This document shows, one piece after another, positions 1 to 9,970 of a DNA stretch of 64,000 bases. The DNA lies in contig JBAYGW010000005.1 of assembly GCA_041666485.1 (NCBI GenBank), forward strand, positions 3,654-67,653. The letters run 5' to 3'. How positions within the stretch are numbered: position 1 is the stretch's first letter; each line of letters opens with the position of its first letter. The position numbers and the translations under genes were made by a program. The notes beneath the pieces were generated by a model. It searched no databases. It was given only the letters and a program-made list of their open reading frames with translations, and was not told where the DNA came from. This stretch comes from Patescibacteria group bacterium. Its GTDB lineage: Bacteria; Patescibacteriota; Patescibacteriia; UM-FILTER-42-10.

Positions 1-1109
1 CTGTTTGGGAAATCGCTGAATATTACACCAAAGCTTTTAAGCATGACATTGCAGAGCTGAATATTGCAGAACCCGTGATCTGGTGCAAAGCCACAGACCA
101 CATCAAAGAGCAGATTGAACTGGTAAAAAAGCTTGAGGAAAAAGGTTATACCTATACCATTGGTGATGGAGTATATTTTGACACAAGTAAATTTGAAAGT
201 TATGGGCAGATGGCCCGACTTGATATAAAGGCACAAAAGGCCGGCGCCAGGGTAGCGGTCGTGGAAGGAAAGAAGAGTCCAAATGATTTTGCTTTGTGGA
301 AATTTTCACCAGACCCTTTGAAGGGTGAACCAAAACGCCAAATGGAATGGGAATCCCCTTGGGGAACCGGTTTCCCTGGATGGGCGATAGAATGTTCCGC
401 AATGGCGGTAAAATATTTAGGCCAGCCTTTTGATATTCATTGCGGTGGTGTGGATCATATTCCTGTTCACCATACCAATGAAATTGCACAGAGCGAAGCG
501 GCAAATGACAGGAAAATGGCAAACTATTGGCTACATGGAGAGTTCCTGATTCTCAAAGACGAAAAAATGGCTAAATCTGCCGGTAATTTCATTACTTTAG
601 AAACACTGAAAGAAAAAGGGATTAATCCCCTCGCCTATCGCTATTTACTGCTTACTACCCATTACCGTTCCAAACTGACTTTCAACTGGACAAACCTGGA
701 AGGCGCTAACACCGCGCTTAATTCCATTTACCGGCAGATGGAAGAGCTGGACAGTTCTAATCCGGTAGTTAATGAGGATTTTAAACAACAATTTGAGGAT
801 GCAATTAATGACGATTTGAATATGCCAAAAGCATTGGCCTTGGTCTGGAAAGTACTCAAATCTAATCTTCCGGCAACCGCTAAAAAAGGAACCCTGCTGG
901 AATTTGATAAAGTGCTTGGACTGGGTCTGGATAAGTCTGACCTTACAGAAGAAACACCAAAGCACGTTAAGACATTGGCAACAAAGAGGGAGCATGCGCG
1001 TTTAGCCAAGGATTTTAAGGAGGCTGATAAATTGCGGGCGGAAATTGAAGCTGAGGGATATATTGTCACTGATACATCAGAGGGGCCAAAAATTTCTAAA
1101 AAGAAATAA
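1..1109 (+). CDS. cysS: Cysteinyl-tRNA synthetase, C-terminal part (5' end lies upstream of the window)
   Basis: Frame is open from position 3. KMSKS-type motif 'KMAKSAGN'. Class I aaRS anticodon-binding region resembling CysRS. Confidence 0.85.
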   Translation, partial: VWEIAEYYTKAFKHDIAELNIAEPVIWCKATDHIKEQIELVKKLEEKGYTYTIGDGVYFDTSKFESYGQMARLDIKAQKAGARVAVVEGKKSPNDFALWKFSPDPLKGEPKRQMEWESPWGTGFPGWAIECSAMAVKYLGQPFDIHCGGVDHIPVHHTNEIAQSEAANDRKMANYWLHGEFLILKDEKMAKSAGNFITLETLKEKGINPLAYRYLLLTTHYRSKLTFNWTNLEGANTALNSIYRQMEELDSSNPVVNEDFKQQFEDAINDDLNMPKALALVWKVLKSNLPATAKKGTLLEFDKVLGLGLDKSDLTEETPKHVKTLATKREHARLAKDFKEADKLRAEIEAEGYIVTDTSEGPKISKKK

Positions 1110-1669
1110 TGTTATTATTGAATCTGGATCAGTTAATTTTTGAAAAAATTTATCAGGTTATTCCTCATAACCTGTTTTTTGATTGGTTTTTTCTGACTGT
1201 TTCAACAATTGCCCATCCGAAAATAATTTGGTTTCCTTTAATCATTTTATTTTTAATTTTTTATAAGCAGCATAAAGGCTGGGTGTTTTTTGAATCCGCG
1301 ATTGCCATCGGCATCGGCGTGGTAGTCAATGAATATATGATTAAAAATATTTTCGCACGTTTAAGGCCTTTTGAATTTTACGACTGGGTAACCACCATTG
1401 ACCACACTGCCACCGGATATTCTTTCCCATCAAGCCACGCACTGGTCGCGTTCAGTTTTGCAGCCGTAATAATTCTGAATACAAAACAAAAATGGCTGCA
1501 CAATTTACTGATTGTTTTTGCCGTATTGGTTTGCCTTTCCCGTATCTATCTGGGAGTGCATTTCCCCGGCGACGTTATCACAGGGGCCATAATCGGAACG
1601 CTGCTCGGCTGGCTGGCGTCCAAATTTCTTCCGCGCTTTTACAAGGCTCTATTTCACAAACAGATGTAA
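1109..1669 (+). CDS. PAP2-family phosphatase (undecaprenyl-diphosphate / phosphatidic acid phosphatase-like)
   Basis: PAP2 motifs 'PSSHA' and 'SRIYLGVHFPGDV'. Multiple TM segments. Start overlaps the cysS stop. Confidence 0.7.
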   Translation: MLLLNLDQLIFEKIYQVIPHNLFFDWFFLTVSTIAHPKIIWFPLIILFLIFYKQHKGWVFFESAIAIGIGVVVNEYMIKNIFARLRPFEFYDWVTTIDHTATGYSFPSSHALVAFSFAAVIILNTKQKWLHNLLIVFAVLVCLSRIYLGVHFPGDVITGAIIGTLLGWLASKFLPRFYKALFHKQM

Positions 1670-1718
1670 ATTGGTAAACAAAAAATCCCGCATTAATCTC
1701 GCTGGATTTTTTTATATT

Positions 1719-2288
1719 CTAAATATCGTATTTATATCTTTTCTTCGCTGCCGCTCCGCCTTTGATCATAATCATCAGCAAGATCGGCGCGAGTACCCAG
1801 ATAAACTGGCTGATTTCTAAAGTAAATAGTGTCTTGGTCAGCGGGGCAAGCCCTTCAATGGCTGACTTCGGCAGGAATGATAAGGTAATGCTGATCAAAA
1901 GTCCGACGTGCAAAATACTGAAAATAATCACCTGCCACCATTTTCCCCGTTCGTCAGAACTGGCGACTGTGGAGATTAAAGCGGATCGGGAAAGCATAAA
2001 AAATAACGCAACAAAAACAGCTACAAAAGCTGTTATTTTAACTACAAAGAATTGATTTACTCCGATCTCTCCGGTAGTATCCCCCAAAAACGGCGCGGTA
2101 TTGATCACGGCCATGGCCATATAGATGCTGATCAGGATTACGATAATCCGGTCACGACCCAGTGACATGCCGTAAAGCAGCGCAGCGATGACAAAAAACA
2201 GGATAATAAAGAGGTCCCAAGTTGGTTCTGACCAGTCGAAATTAGCTACCCACGAACCGGTGTCTGCTACAACTGTTGTGAAAAACAT
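1719..2288 (-). CDS. Hypothetical polytopic membrane protein
   Basis: 189-aa ORF with 5-6 hydrophobic segments. No recognisable motif. Confidence 0.4.
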   Translation of the reverse strand: MFFTTVVADTGSWVANFDWSEPTWDLFIILFFVIAALLYGMSLGRDRIIVILISIYMAMAVINTAPFLGDTTGEIGVNQFFVVKITAFVAVFVALFFMLSRSALISTVASSDERGKWWQVIIFSILHVGLLISITLSFLPKSAIEGLAPLTKTLFTLEISQFIWVLAPILLMIMIKGGAAAKKRYKYDI

Positions 2289-2394
2289 TGTGTTTCTCCC
2301 CCTTTTGTTTTATTTTAGCTGATTACTTTGTAAGTATAACACAAAAACAATAAATAGGCAATTGCGATGCCTAAATTACTGTGGATAAACTGAT

Positions 2395-3480
2395 TTAATC
2401 CAGTTTTTGCAGATTTTCCAATAATTCGCGCTGTTTCCGCGATAATTTTTCGGGTGTTTTTACGATGATTTCTACCAACTGATCGCCCCTACCCCGGGCA
2501 TTCAGGTGCATAACCCCCTTGCCTTTGATTTTGAAAACTTTACCGGATTGAGTGCCGGCCGGAACCCTTAACTGCCCTTCGCCGTCCAAAGTATTTACAT
2601 TGATTTTATCTCCCAATGCCGCCTGGGCAAAACTGATTTCCGCAACTGTAAAAACATTGTCCCCGTCCCGCTGAAATTCCGCGTGCGGTATAACTCGGAT
2701 GGAAACATACAAATCTCCCGCCTGACTTCCGCGCTGACCCGCTTCCCCTTCGCCGGAAAGACGGATGGACTGTCCGTTATTGATACCGGCCGGAATTTTT
2801 ATCTTAATCCGCTTGCTGGCACGCTCCACACCGGTGCCACGGCAGTTTGTACATTTATCTTTAATAGTCTTTCCTTCGCCTTTGCATTCCGGGCATATTC
2901 CACGGGTTCGGATCTGTCCTAAAATAGTTCTTTGCAGCTGATCCACCTGGCCGGAACCTTTGCACATCGGACATTCCACAATCCCGCTGGAGCTTTCCGC
3001 TCCGGAACCGCTGCATTTTTCGCAAGTAACTGTTTTATAAAGTTCCACTGTTTTTTCCGCGCCGAACGCCGCCTCTTCAAAAGTAACCTGCATTTCTGTT
3101 TCAATATCCATACCTCTTTGCTGGCGCGCGCTGGCTCTTGCTCTGCCTCCGCCGAAGAAGTCGCCGAAGATATCGCCCAGATCGCCAAAATCAAAATTTA
3201 TCCCGTCCGCTCCGCCGAACCCTGCTTGCCTGGGGTCAAATCCGGCACCGCCTGAAAAGCCACCCTGCTGGTCAAAAGCTGAGCCGAACTGGTCGTATTG
3301 TTTACGCTTGTCTTCCTTAGAAAGCACCTGATAAGCCTGATTTAATTCCTTAAACTTGGCTTCATCACCGGTATTTTTATCCGGGTGATATTGATGCGCT
3401 TTTTTCCGGAACGCTTTTTTGATTTCTTCCTGCGAAGCGTCTTTTGCTACGCCTAAAATTTCATAATAATCTGTTGCCAT
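2395..3480 (-). CDS. dnaJ: Chaperone DnaJ
   Basis: N-terminal J domain ('DYYEILGV...HPD'), G/F-rich linker, four CxxCxGxG zinc-finger repeats, C-terminal domains. Confidence 0.92.
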   Translation of the reverse strand: MATDYYEILGVAKDASQEEIKKAFRKKAHQYHPDKNTGDEAKFKELNQAYQVLSKEDKRKQYDQFGSAFDQQGGFSGGAGFDPRQAGFGGADGINFDFGDLGDIFGDFFGGGRARASARQQRGMDIETEMQVTFEEAAFGAEKTVELYKTVTCEKCSGSGAESSSGIVECPMCKGSGQVDQLQRTILGQIRTRGICPECKGEGKTIKDKCTNCRGTGVERASKRIKIKIPAGINNGQSIRLSGEGEAGQRGSQAGDLYVSIRVIPHAEFQRDGDNVFTVAEISFAQAALGDKINVNTLDGEGQLRVPAGTQSGKVFKIKGKGVMHLNARGRGDQLVEIIVKTPEKLSRKQRELLENLQKLD

Positions 3481-3491
3481 ATCGTTTCTTC

Positions 3492-4634
3492 CTATTCTCC
3501 CAATATTAATACATCAACATCTTTCTTTTCCTGAGTGATACGCACGAATTTAGTTGCAAATAAAATCATGAAAATTAAGGATGTAAACGAATTGATTAAG
3601 GTCAAAAATATAAATCCGAACAAATTTAACGCAAAGAATAAACTTAAAGCCAAAAGCGGTGTGATGAAATCCTCGTACGGTCCCAGGAACTGAAATGCGT
3701 ATTTGCGAATAATTTTTGCAATCACTTCCGAAAGTTTATCCGACCCCTTGGCGTCAATACCGACACTTTTGATAAATTCATCACGGGCATCGTTAATCTG
3801 CTCCTGAAAAATATTTTGTACGAAAGCAGATGATACCAGAGTTTGCGCGGATAGATCTTCGCTGTACAGACTATCCCGAATTTCGGGCGGCAGGGCATTA
3901 ATATCCACTTCCCCGCTCAGCACCTTGTTCCGCAAGTCATCAATCAGCGCCTGACCTTCTTTCACCTTCGGGCTGTTTATTGAATCTTCCAACTCTTGAT
4001 TCAGCTGACCACTGATACTTTCCACTACGCCGGCGCTCGTTTCAAAAATAAACTGGTCAAGCGTTTTGTCCGGATCATATCCTTTGATCTGAGTTGGGAT
4101 GATTTCATTGGCAATATTGGTGCTACTTATAATCAAAGAGTCAATTGCCTGACGCCCGCTATCTCTGTCCTGTTCCGAAGTAACGATATAGAATAGCATG
4201 GAAATAGAGAGCGCCATTGCCACCACCACTCCGCCGATTCCCCAGTGCATGATCTTGTACAAGGAAAACTTGATTCTTCCTTTCACCTCGTTATGCGTCC
4301 GGTGCGCATAGTACACGAAGATTAATATCTGTAAAAGAGAGATAATTAAAAGCCAGGGTGAGAAAGAGAAAAAGAGAAGCATCGGCAAACTGGAGAGCGC
4401 CCAGATTGGCAATTGGATTACTTCTTTCTTCACTACGATCGCGGTTGTGCTTACCAAAGCCAGATAAAAACAAAAAGCAATGACCGGGAAGATTAACCGG
4501 AGCAGCATCTGCCAGATGGATAGGTTTTGGCCGGACCATTCCAGATTGAAAACCGTAGACAAAGCATACCAAGCCAGCACGCTGGCTAAAACAGTCAGCA
4601 CCCCTAAAACAGCTATTTTGGTATTCTTGGTCAT
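3492..4634 (-). CDS. Hypothetical membrane protein (inserted between dnaK and dnaJ)
   Basis: 380-aa ORF with several N-terminal TM helices, a central acidic soluble region and C-terminal TM helices. No family recognised. Confidence 0.45.
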   Translation of the reverse strand: MTKNTKIAVLGVLTVLASVLAWYALSTVFNLEWSGQNLSIWQMLLRLIFPVIAFCFYLALVSTTAIVVKKEVIQLPIWALSSLPMLLFFSFSPWLLIISLLQILIFVYYAHRTHNEVKGRIKFSLYKIMHWGIGGVVVAMALSISMLFYIVTSEQDRDSGRQAIDSLIISSTNIANEIIPTQIKGYDPDKTLDQFIFETSAGVVESISGQLNQELEDSINSPKVKEGQALIDDLRNKVLSGEVDINALPPEIRDSLYSEDLSAQTLVSSAFVQNIFQEQINDARDEFIKSVGIDAKGSDKLSEVIAKIIRKYAFQFLGPYEDFITPLLALSLFFALNLFGFIFLTLINSFTSLIFMILFATKFVRITQEKKDVDVLILGE

Positions 4635-4651
4635 GGTTTTGTTTTATTTAA

Positions 4652-4972
4652 TTATGCTTTGAAGCCGACTTCGTCCGCCGGAGCATCCGTAACATCTATT
4701 GTACCAAAATTTGCCTCATAGCGCTTGACGTTGTCCTGCAGTGCCAAAAGAACACGTTTCATGTGGCCCGGTGAGGTTTTTACGCGGTTGGTAACCACGC
4801 CCACGCCTTCCGCCTGGTGAATATTGATAAAATCAATCGTAAACTCGTCTTTGGTATGCATGACGCGCATGCTGTTCGCGTAATTGGATCCGGCTAATAC
4901 GCTTTCCGGGATCTTAATTTGCATTTGTCGCTGTTGCCCTTGCGGGGGCTGTTGGCTTTGTTGTTGTGGCAT
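4652..4972 (-). CDS. Small hypothetical protein, DUF3467-like
   Basis: 106 aa, Q-rich N-terminus. Motif 'YANSMRVMHTKDEFTIDF' resembles the DUF3467 core as recalled from memory. Confidence 0.4.
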   Translation of the reverse strand: MPQQQSQQPPQGQQRQMQIKIPESVLAGSNYANSMRVMHTKDEFTIDFINIHQAEGVGVVTNRVKTSPGHMKRVLLALQDNVKRYEANFGTIDVTDAPADEVGFKA

Positions 4973-4980
4973 GGGTATTA

Positions 4981-6045
4981 TTATAGTTGGTTAATTAATT
5001 TGGTAAGCTTCTCTTTGGTAAATGTATTCATCTGCCACTTGCCAAGTCTCGCATACAATCTATTTGCCAAGTCACTTGGTCTGTTCGGGTTAGGGATGAT
5101 TTCAGCAATGAGTTGTTGTGATTTTTTCCAAGCGTCGTTTCCGTACGTCCAAGTATCTATTCCTCCTCCTTCATATGCCGGATCAATCCAAAGTGAAAAC
5201 GTGGTCTTGCCGTGATCATGTTCTACGGTGATAGTAGCCGTCTTTGGCGTTTTGTGGGCTGACACACCAGGTAGCACGAATCTGCCCTCGTTAATATCAT
5301 GAAATATATCCAAATATTCTTGCGCGGGTTTTTCTTGTTTGACTTCGGTATAGGCAGAAATAAAGTCTTGATCAGAGGGTAATCCCGGCTTTGTTTTGGA
5401 GGTCAGGTCTTTTTTCACTTCACTGCCGAATAACCTCGGGATGACTATTTCGTATGACCCATGCTTGTAGTATTTAAGTTCCACGGCGAAGATATCAAAT
5501 TCGCTGTTTTGGTTGATGTAAATGATGAGGTTTTTTAGCTGTTCGTGGAGCGAATCCATGAGTACCACGAATTTGAAACTGCCATCCTGGAAGCTTCGCC
5601 GTACTTGCTGGAGCAATTGGTCACGGCCTTCGTCAGTAAGCCCAAAGAATTCTTGCATTCTGGTGGGCAGTTCCGGTAGATTTTGTTTTACTAAATATGT
5701 ATTCAATTGCTCAAGGAAAGTATTCGCGTCACGTGTGTTGTGCCACAAGGACGCGCCGTAATCCAAGACCTGGGCGACTACTTTGCGCTTGTCCGGATTT
5801 TTATACAGCTTCGTTTCGATCAAATAAATGTCTCCGGTGTTGTCTATACCGACCGCATCAATGGGTCCGCTGTCAGTGGAAAATTCCCGGGCGAGAATAA
5901 GCAGTTTAATATCGTCTCTAATGTCATAGATCGGAACGCTTTCTGGGTTGTTGAAAATGTATTCTTGCAGAGAGTCTTCTTGGGGGAATGATGTAGGGTC
6001 TACTTTCTCCGCTCTTTTGCCGTTGTGAGTGATAATTAATGTCAT
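4981..6045 (-). CDS. Predicted PD-(D/E)xK nuclease (NucS/DUF91-like catalytic core) with an uncharacterised C-terminal domain
   Basis: 'GPIDAVGIDNTGDIYLIETKLYKN...VVAQVLDYGASLWH' matches the D...D-x-E-x-K plus 'QxxxY' architecture of NucS/DUF91/Shedu-type nucleases. About 230 aa of unknown function follow. Confidence 0.55.
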   Translation of the reverse strand: MTLIITHNGKRAEKVDPTSFPQEDSLQEYIFNNPESVPIYDIRDDIKLLILAREFSTDSGPIDAVGIDNTGDIYLIETKLYKNPDKRKVVAQVLDYGASLWHNTRDANTFLEQLNTYLVKQNLPELPTRMQEFFGLTDEGRDQLLQQVRRSFQDGSFKFVVLMDSLHEQLKNLIIYINQNSEFDIFAVELKYYKHGSYEIVIPRLFGSEVKKDLTSKTKPGLPSDQDFISAYTEVKQEKPAQEYLDIFHDINEGRFVLPGVSAHKTPKTATITVEHDHGKTTFSLWIDPAYEGGGIDTWTYGNDAWKKSQQLIAEIIPNPNRPSDLANRLYARLGKWQMNTFTKEKLTKLINQL

Positions 6046-6125
6046 ATGTGGATGGTATTTTTAATTTTAATAAATATTCCATTAAACTGAAGGTGGGAAT
6101 GCGCATTCCCACCTTCAGCTACTGT

Positions 6126-8048
6126 TTACTTATCCTTTTTTTCTTCTTTCTTTTCCTCAGTAAACTCGCCTTCTACCGGTTCTTTGTCTCCTTCTTTTTT
6201 CTCACCGGATTTATCAGCGTCGGCTTTTTTAGCCGCTTCTTCTTTCTGTTGTGCTTCATACATCGCCTGCCCGATCTTCTGGGCGGCGGTGGAGAGTTCT
6301 TCGGTCGCTTTTTTGATCGCTTCCACGTCGTCTTTGTCTTTCACATCATTAACCGCTTTTACCTTTTCTTCCACAGCTTTTTTATCTTCTTCCTTAATCT
6401 TATCTCCGCCTTCTTTGATCGCTTTTTCAGAAGTGATCACCATGGTTTCCGCCATGTTGCGGGCTTCAATCAGATTTTTCTTTTTCTTATCTTCTTCAGC
6501 GTGGATTTCCGCGTCTTTCTTCATCTTTTCCACTTCCTCATCGGACAGTCCGGAAGAAGCTTCAATACGGATGCTTTGTTCTTTATTGGTTGCTTTATCC
6601 TTTGCTTTCACGCTCAGAATTCCGTTGGCATCAATATCAAAGCCGACTTCCACCTGCGGGATTCCGCGCGGTGACGGAGGAATGCCATCCAGGATGAATC
6701 TGCCCAGTGATTTGTTATCGCTGGCCATTTCTCTTTCACCCTGCAGGACGTGAATCTCCACCGATGTCTGATTGTCTGCTGCGGTAGAAAATACCTGACT
6801 CTTGGATGCTGGGATTGTGGTGTTCTTTTCAATTAGCGGTGTGCGTACTCCGCCTAAAGTTTCGATACCTAGTGTTAACGGTGTAACGTCCAATAACAGC
6901 ACGTCTTTTACTTCTCCCTGCAAAACGCCGGCTTGTACAGCAGCGCCGATTGCTACTACTTCATCCGGGTTTACGGTTGAGTTCGGTTTTTTGCCGAAGA
7001 ATTCTTCTACCTTCTTCTGTACCAAAGGCATTCTGGTTTGTCCGCCGACTAATACGATTTCATTCATGTCTTTGGCTTCCAGGCCGGCATCTTTCAATGC
7101 CTTTTTGCAAGGTTCCAGAGTCTTTTCCACGAAATCACCGACAATATCTTCCAGTTTGGCGCGGGTCAGTTTTAATACCAAATGTTTCGGGCCGGATTCA
7201 TCCGTTGTGATGAACGGCTGGTTGATTTCCGTTTCCTGCGTGGATGACAGTTCTATTTTGGCTTTTTCCGCGGCTTCCTTGATTCTCTGCAGAGCCAGAT
7301 TGTCCTTGGACAGGTCAATTCCCTGATCCTTTTTGAATTCATCCAGAATCCAATGCATGATGCGCTGGTCAAAGTCATCTCCGCCGAGGTGCGTGTCGCC
7401 GTTGGTGGCTTTCACTTCCACAGTGTCATCGCCGATTTCCAAAATGGAAATATCAAATGTTCCGCCGCCCAAGTCATAGACCGCGATCTTTTCGTCTTTC
7501 TTCTTGTTGAACCCGTAAGCCAGCGCTGCGGCGGTCGGTTCGTTGATAATTCTTTTTACGTCAAACCCGGCAATCTTGCCCGCGTCTTTGGTCGCCTGCC
7601 TCTGTGAGTCGTCAAAATAGGCCGGTACGGTAATTACCGCTTCGGTTATTTTCTCACCCAGTTTGTCTTCGGCATCCGCCTTCAGTTTCTGCAGAATCAT
7701 CGCGGATACTTCCTGCGGGGTGTGCTGTTTATCACCCATTTTTACCGTCACACCGTCATTGTTTTTTTCAATTTTGTACGGAAGAGTCTTCGCATCATTC
7801 TGGACCTCATCATCTTCCCATCTGCGACCGATCAGACGCTTCACGGAAAATACCGTATTTTCCGGATTGGTTACCGCCTGTCTTTTGGCCAGCTGGCCGA
7901 CTAAGCGTTCTCCGCTTTTGGAAATTGCGACCACGGAAGGAGTGGTGCGGTTTCCTTCTTTATTTTCCAGCACTTTCGGCTCGCCCCCTTCAACGATCGC
8001 CATCGCTGAGTTGGTGGTACCGAGATCAATACCTAATATCTTTGCCAT
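6126..8048 (-). CDS. dnaK: Chaperone DnaK (Hsp70)
   Basis: '[16 protein letters not shown]', 'DLGGGTFD' and full Hsp70 architecture with a K/E-rich tail. Confidence 0.96.
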   Translation of the reverse strand: MAKILGIDLGTTNSAMAIVEGGEPKVLENKEGNRTTPSVVAISKSGERLVGQLAKRQAVTNPENTVFSVKRLIGRRWEDDEVQNDAKTLPYKIEKNNDGVTVKMGDKQHTPQEVSAMILQKLKADAEDKLGEKITEAVITVPAYFDDSQRQATKDAGKIAGFDVKRIINEPTAAALAYGFNKKKDEKIAVYDLGGGTFDISILEIGDDTVEVKATNGDTHLGGDDFDQRIMHWILDEFKKDQGIDLSKDNLALQRIKEAAEKAKIELSSTQETEINQPFITTDESGPKHLVLKLTRAKLEDIVGDFVEKTLEPCKKALKDAGLEAKDMNEIVLVGGQTRMPLVQKKVEEFFGKKPNSTVNPDEVVAIGAAVQAGVLQGEVKDVLLLDVTPLTLGIETLGGVRTPLIEKNTTIPASKSQVFSTAADNQTSVEIHVLQGEREMASDNKSLGRFILDGIPPSPRGIPQVEVGFDIDANGILSVKAKDKATNKEQSIRIEASSGLSDEEVEKMKKDAEIHAEEDKKKKNLIEARNMAETMVITSEKAIKEGGDKIKEEDKKAVEEKVKAVNDVKDKDDVEAIKKATEELSTAAQKIGQAMYEAQQKEEAAKKADADKSGEKKEGDKEPVEGEFTEEKKEEKKDK

Positions 8049-8106
8049 TTTACTTAATTCCTTTCTTTAATGATTGATAATGTTTAATAAGTTGGTCTTT
8101 TGAACC

Positions 8107-8157
8107 CGGGCGGACGAACGAATGAATCGCTCATCCGCCCGGAGCCAGAAGCTCCGG
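8107..8157 (-). terminator. Pair of overlapping, mutually exclusive GC-rich hairpins between hsp20 and dnaK (possible terminator/attenuator)
   Basis: CGGGCGGA...TCCGCCCG (8107-8141) and CCGGAGC-cagaa-GCTCCGG (8139-8157) share 3 nt. A weak T-run follows on the minus strand. Confidence 0.3.
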
Positions 8158-8164
8158 ATGATTC

Positions 8165-8596
8165 CTATTTGGAACCTTTTTTTAATACGTTTACTTTGAT
8201 TGTTTTTGGCATTACCTGTTCCGCTTTGGGAATAGTAATTTTTAGAATTCCGTTTTCAAAATCGGCATTGGCCTTATCACCGTCTACGGCAATCGGCAAT
8301 GCTACTGCGCGGTGGAATCCGCCGGTTCTTACCTCTTTGCGGTAATATTCCTTTTCATCTACTTCCGACTTCTTTTCCATAGAACCTTCAATGGTTAATA
8401 CATCATTTTCAATGGAAATATTTACCTTTTCCGGATCAACGCCGGCTAATGGTGTTTCCACAATTACCGAGTCCTTTGTCTGATAGACGTCAATCGCCGG
8501 AACGAATCCGCTGGACATGCCGGACATATATTCTTCCATAAATTTGTCCATGTCATCCCAAGGCTGGATCATCGGGCGATATTTCATAATATGCAT
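8165..8596 (-). CDS. Small heat-shock protein, Hsp20/alpha-crystallin family
   Basis: 143 aa. Alpha-crystallin domain pattern ('AVDVYQTKDSVIVETPLAGV...ENGILKITIPK'). Confidence 0.85.
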   Translation of the reverse strand: MHIMKYRPMIQPWDDMDKFMEEYMSGMSSGFVPAIDVYQTKDSVIVETPLAGVDPEKVNISIENDVLTIEGSMEKKSEVDEKEYYRKEVRTGGFHRAVALPIAVDGDKANADFENGILKITIPKAEQVMPKTIKVNVLKKGSK

Positions 8597-8622
8597 ATAT
8601 TTATCTCCTTGTTTGTTAATAA

Positions 8623-9132
8623 TTATTTTGCTACTTTGACTTTCGCCGGCTGGATTACCCTGCCGTTTAAACGAAAGCCAGTTGTTAATTCTTCTGTTAT
8701 CATTCCTTTTTCTAAATCTGACTCCACTTCTTCAATCGCCTCGTGCATCTCCGGATTAAACTGTTCACCGACTGTTTTGATTTCTTCAATTCCCAAACCT
8801 TTTAATATATTACTTAAATTATTCTGAATGTGCGTGATTCCGACCAGCCAGTTGGAACCCTCAATTTCCTTCGGCACATGTTTCATCGCCTGTTTAAACT
8901 GGTCCACAAGCGGAAATATGTCCAAAAGCATCCCCGCGTTAGCAAATTCAATCAATTCTGTCTGTCTTTGCTCCTGTTCCCTTTTGAAATTGATATAATC
9001 CGCCTTAGCGCGCTTCCAACCGTTGAGATACTCTTCCGCCTGGTTTTTCGCGGTTTCTAATTCTTTTTGAATGTTCTGATGCGGTTCCTGTACCTGTTTC
9101 TCGTGCTTATCGTGTTTATCGTGATGAGTCAT
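8623..9132 (-). CDS. grpE: Nucleotide exchange factor GrpE
   Basis: Coiled-coil N-terminus, GrpE C-terminal domain. Sits between hrcA and hsp20/dnaK. Confidence 0.85.
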   Translation of the reverse strand: MTHHDKHDKHEKQVQEPHQNIQKELETAKNQAEEYLNGWKRAKADYINFKREQEQRQTELIEFANAGMLLDIFPLVDQFKQAMKHVPKEIEGSNWLVGITHIQNNLSNILKGLGIEEIKTVGEQFNPEMHEAIEEVESDLEKGMITEELTTGFRLNGRVIQPAKVKVAK

Positions 9133-9141
9133 AAATATTGA

Positions 9142-9861
9142 TTACAAATTAGTTATAAGCTCCTGAGTGTATTTGATCAGCGCCCGGTTGTGGGAGTAAT
9201 TCATCCGCATCGGACCGAGGATTGCGATCAAACCCTCTTTATGGTCACTTTGAAATTTAGTTAAAATTGTACTGCATTGCTTGCCGAACGGATTATTTTT
9301 CCCCAGTAGAATATGCACGTCTCTGCTGATATCGTTGTAAATTCCCGCTACCGCTTCGTCCAGATGATCAATCACTTCGCTCAAATTGTAAATTAGATTC
9401 AGCTCGGCAAATTCCGGTTGTCGGAAAACATTGGTCAGACCGGTATAGTAAATATCTCTGGGCGAAAACCCCACCACCACCGCGCCGTTGGAAAGCGCCG
9501 CGACTTCCTTTGCCACCTGTTTCACCACCAATGAATCCTCGTTGTCTGATTTAAGAATTTCCTGCAACTGACTTTTGTGCTTTTCGCTTAAATCCTTTTC
9601 ATCCATAAAATTATCAATAAAAAAGCGGTAACCTTTTTCTGTTGGAATTCGTCCTGCTGAAGTATGGGGCTGAGTCAGATAGCCGTCTTTCTCCAGATCC
9701 ATCATTTCGTTGCGGATGGTGGCTGTAGACAAGTCAAAACCGCCTTTACCCACCAATAGGTTAGAACCAACCGGTATGGCGGTTTTAATATGCTGTTTGA
9801 TGATTGCCGCAAGCAGGGCTTTTTTACGATCGTTTAGCTCCATATTTGTATCCATTAGCAC
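9142..9861 (-). CDS. hrcA: Heat-inducible transcription repressor HrcA (short form). The true start is probably the downstream Met at 9843, because the CIRCE operator overlaps the first ATG.
   Basis: N-terminal winged-helix 'RKKALLAAIIKQHIKTAIPVGSNLL'. Position upstream of grpE-dnaK. CIRCE lies immediately 5'. Confidence 0.75.
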   Translation of the reverse strand: MLMDTNMELNDRKKALLAAIIKQHIKTAIPVGSNLLVGKGGFDLSTATIRNEMMDLEKDGYLTQPHTSAGRIPTEKGYRFFIDNFMDEKDLSEKHKSQLQEILKSDNEDSLVVKQVAKEVAALSNGAVVVGFSPRDIYYTGLTNVFRQPEFAELNLIYNLSEVIDHLDEAVAGIYNDISRDVHILLGKNNPFGKQCSTILTKFQSDHKEGLIAILGPMRMNYSHNRALIKYTQELITNL

Positions 9862-9881
9862 TCTTAATGGTAGAGTGCTAA
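9855..9881. promoter_or_regulatory. CIRCE operator (HrcA binding site), perfect inverted repeat TTAGCACTC-N9-GAGTGCTAA
   Basis: Exact match to the CIRCE consensus at 9855-9863 / 9873-9881. Confidence 0.9.
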
Positions 9882-9884
9882 TTC

Positions 9885-9912
9885 AGTATAGCATACCAAA
9901 AAAAGGGGTCAA
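9885..9912 (-). promoter_or_regulatory. Sigma-70-type promoter for the hrcA operon (TTGACC-16-TATACT on the minus strand), directly abutting CIRCE
   Basis: -35 at 9907-9912 (ggtcaa on plus strand), -10 at 9885-9890 (agtata on plus strand). Confidence 0.5.
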
Positions 9913-9919
9913 GTCCCCT
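9898..9919 (-). terminator. Hairpin AGGGG-tcaagt-CCCCT followed by a T-run on the minus strand. Likely terminator of the glycosyltransferase gene. Overlaps the hrcA -35.
   Basis: Seen at 9904-9919. The A7 tract at 9898-9904 on the plus strand gives a U-run on the minus strand. Confidence 0.45.
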
Positions 9920-9970
9920 GCTTTCCCTCGTTTAACTATAAATTAATTCAATCGGAAAGCGGTATTTTCC

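Noticed and set aside
6039-8070. Multiple 60-210-aa plus-strand ORFs (e.g. 6039-6674, 6184-6753, 6802-7326, 7663-8070) antisense to dnaK
   Set aside because: Shadow ORFs within a highly conserved gene. Low-complexity Ser/Phe-rich translations with no motifs.
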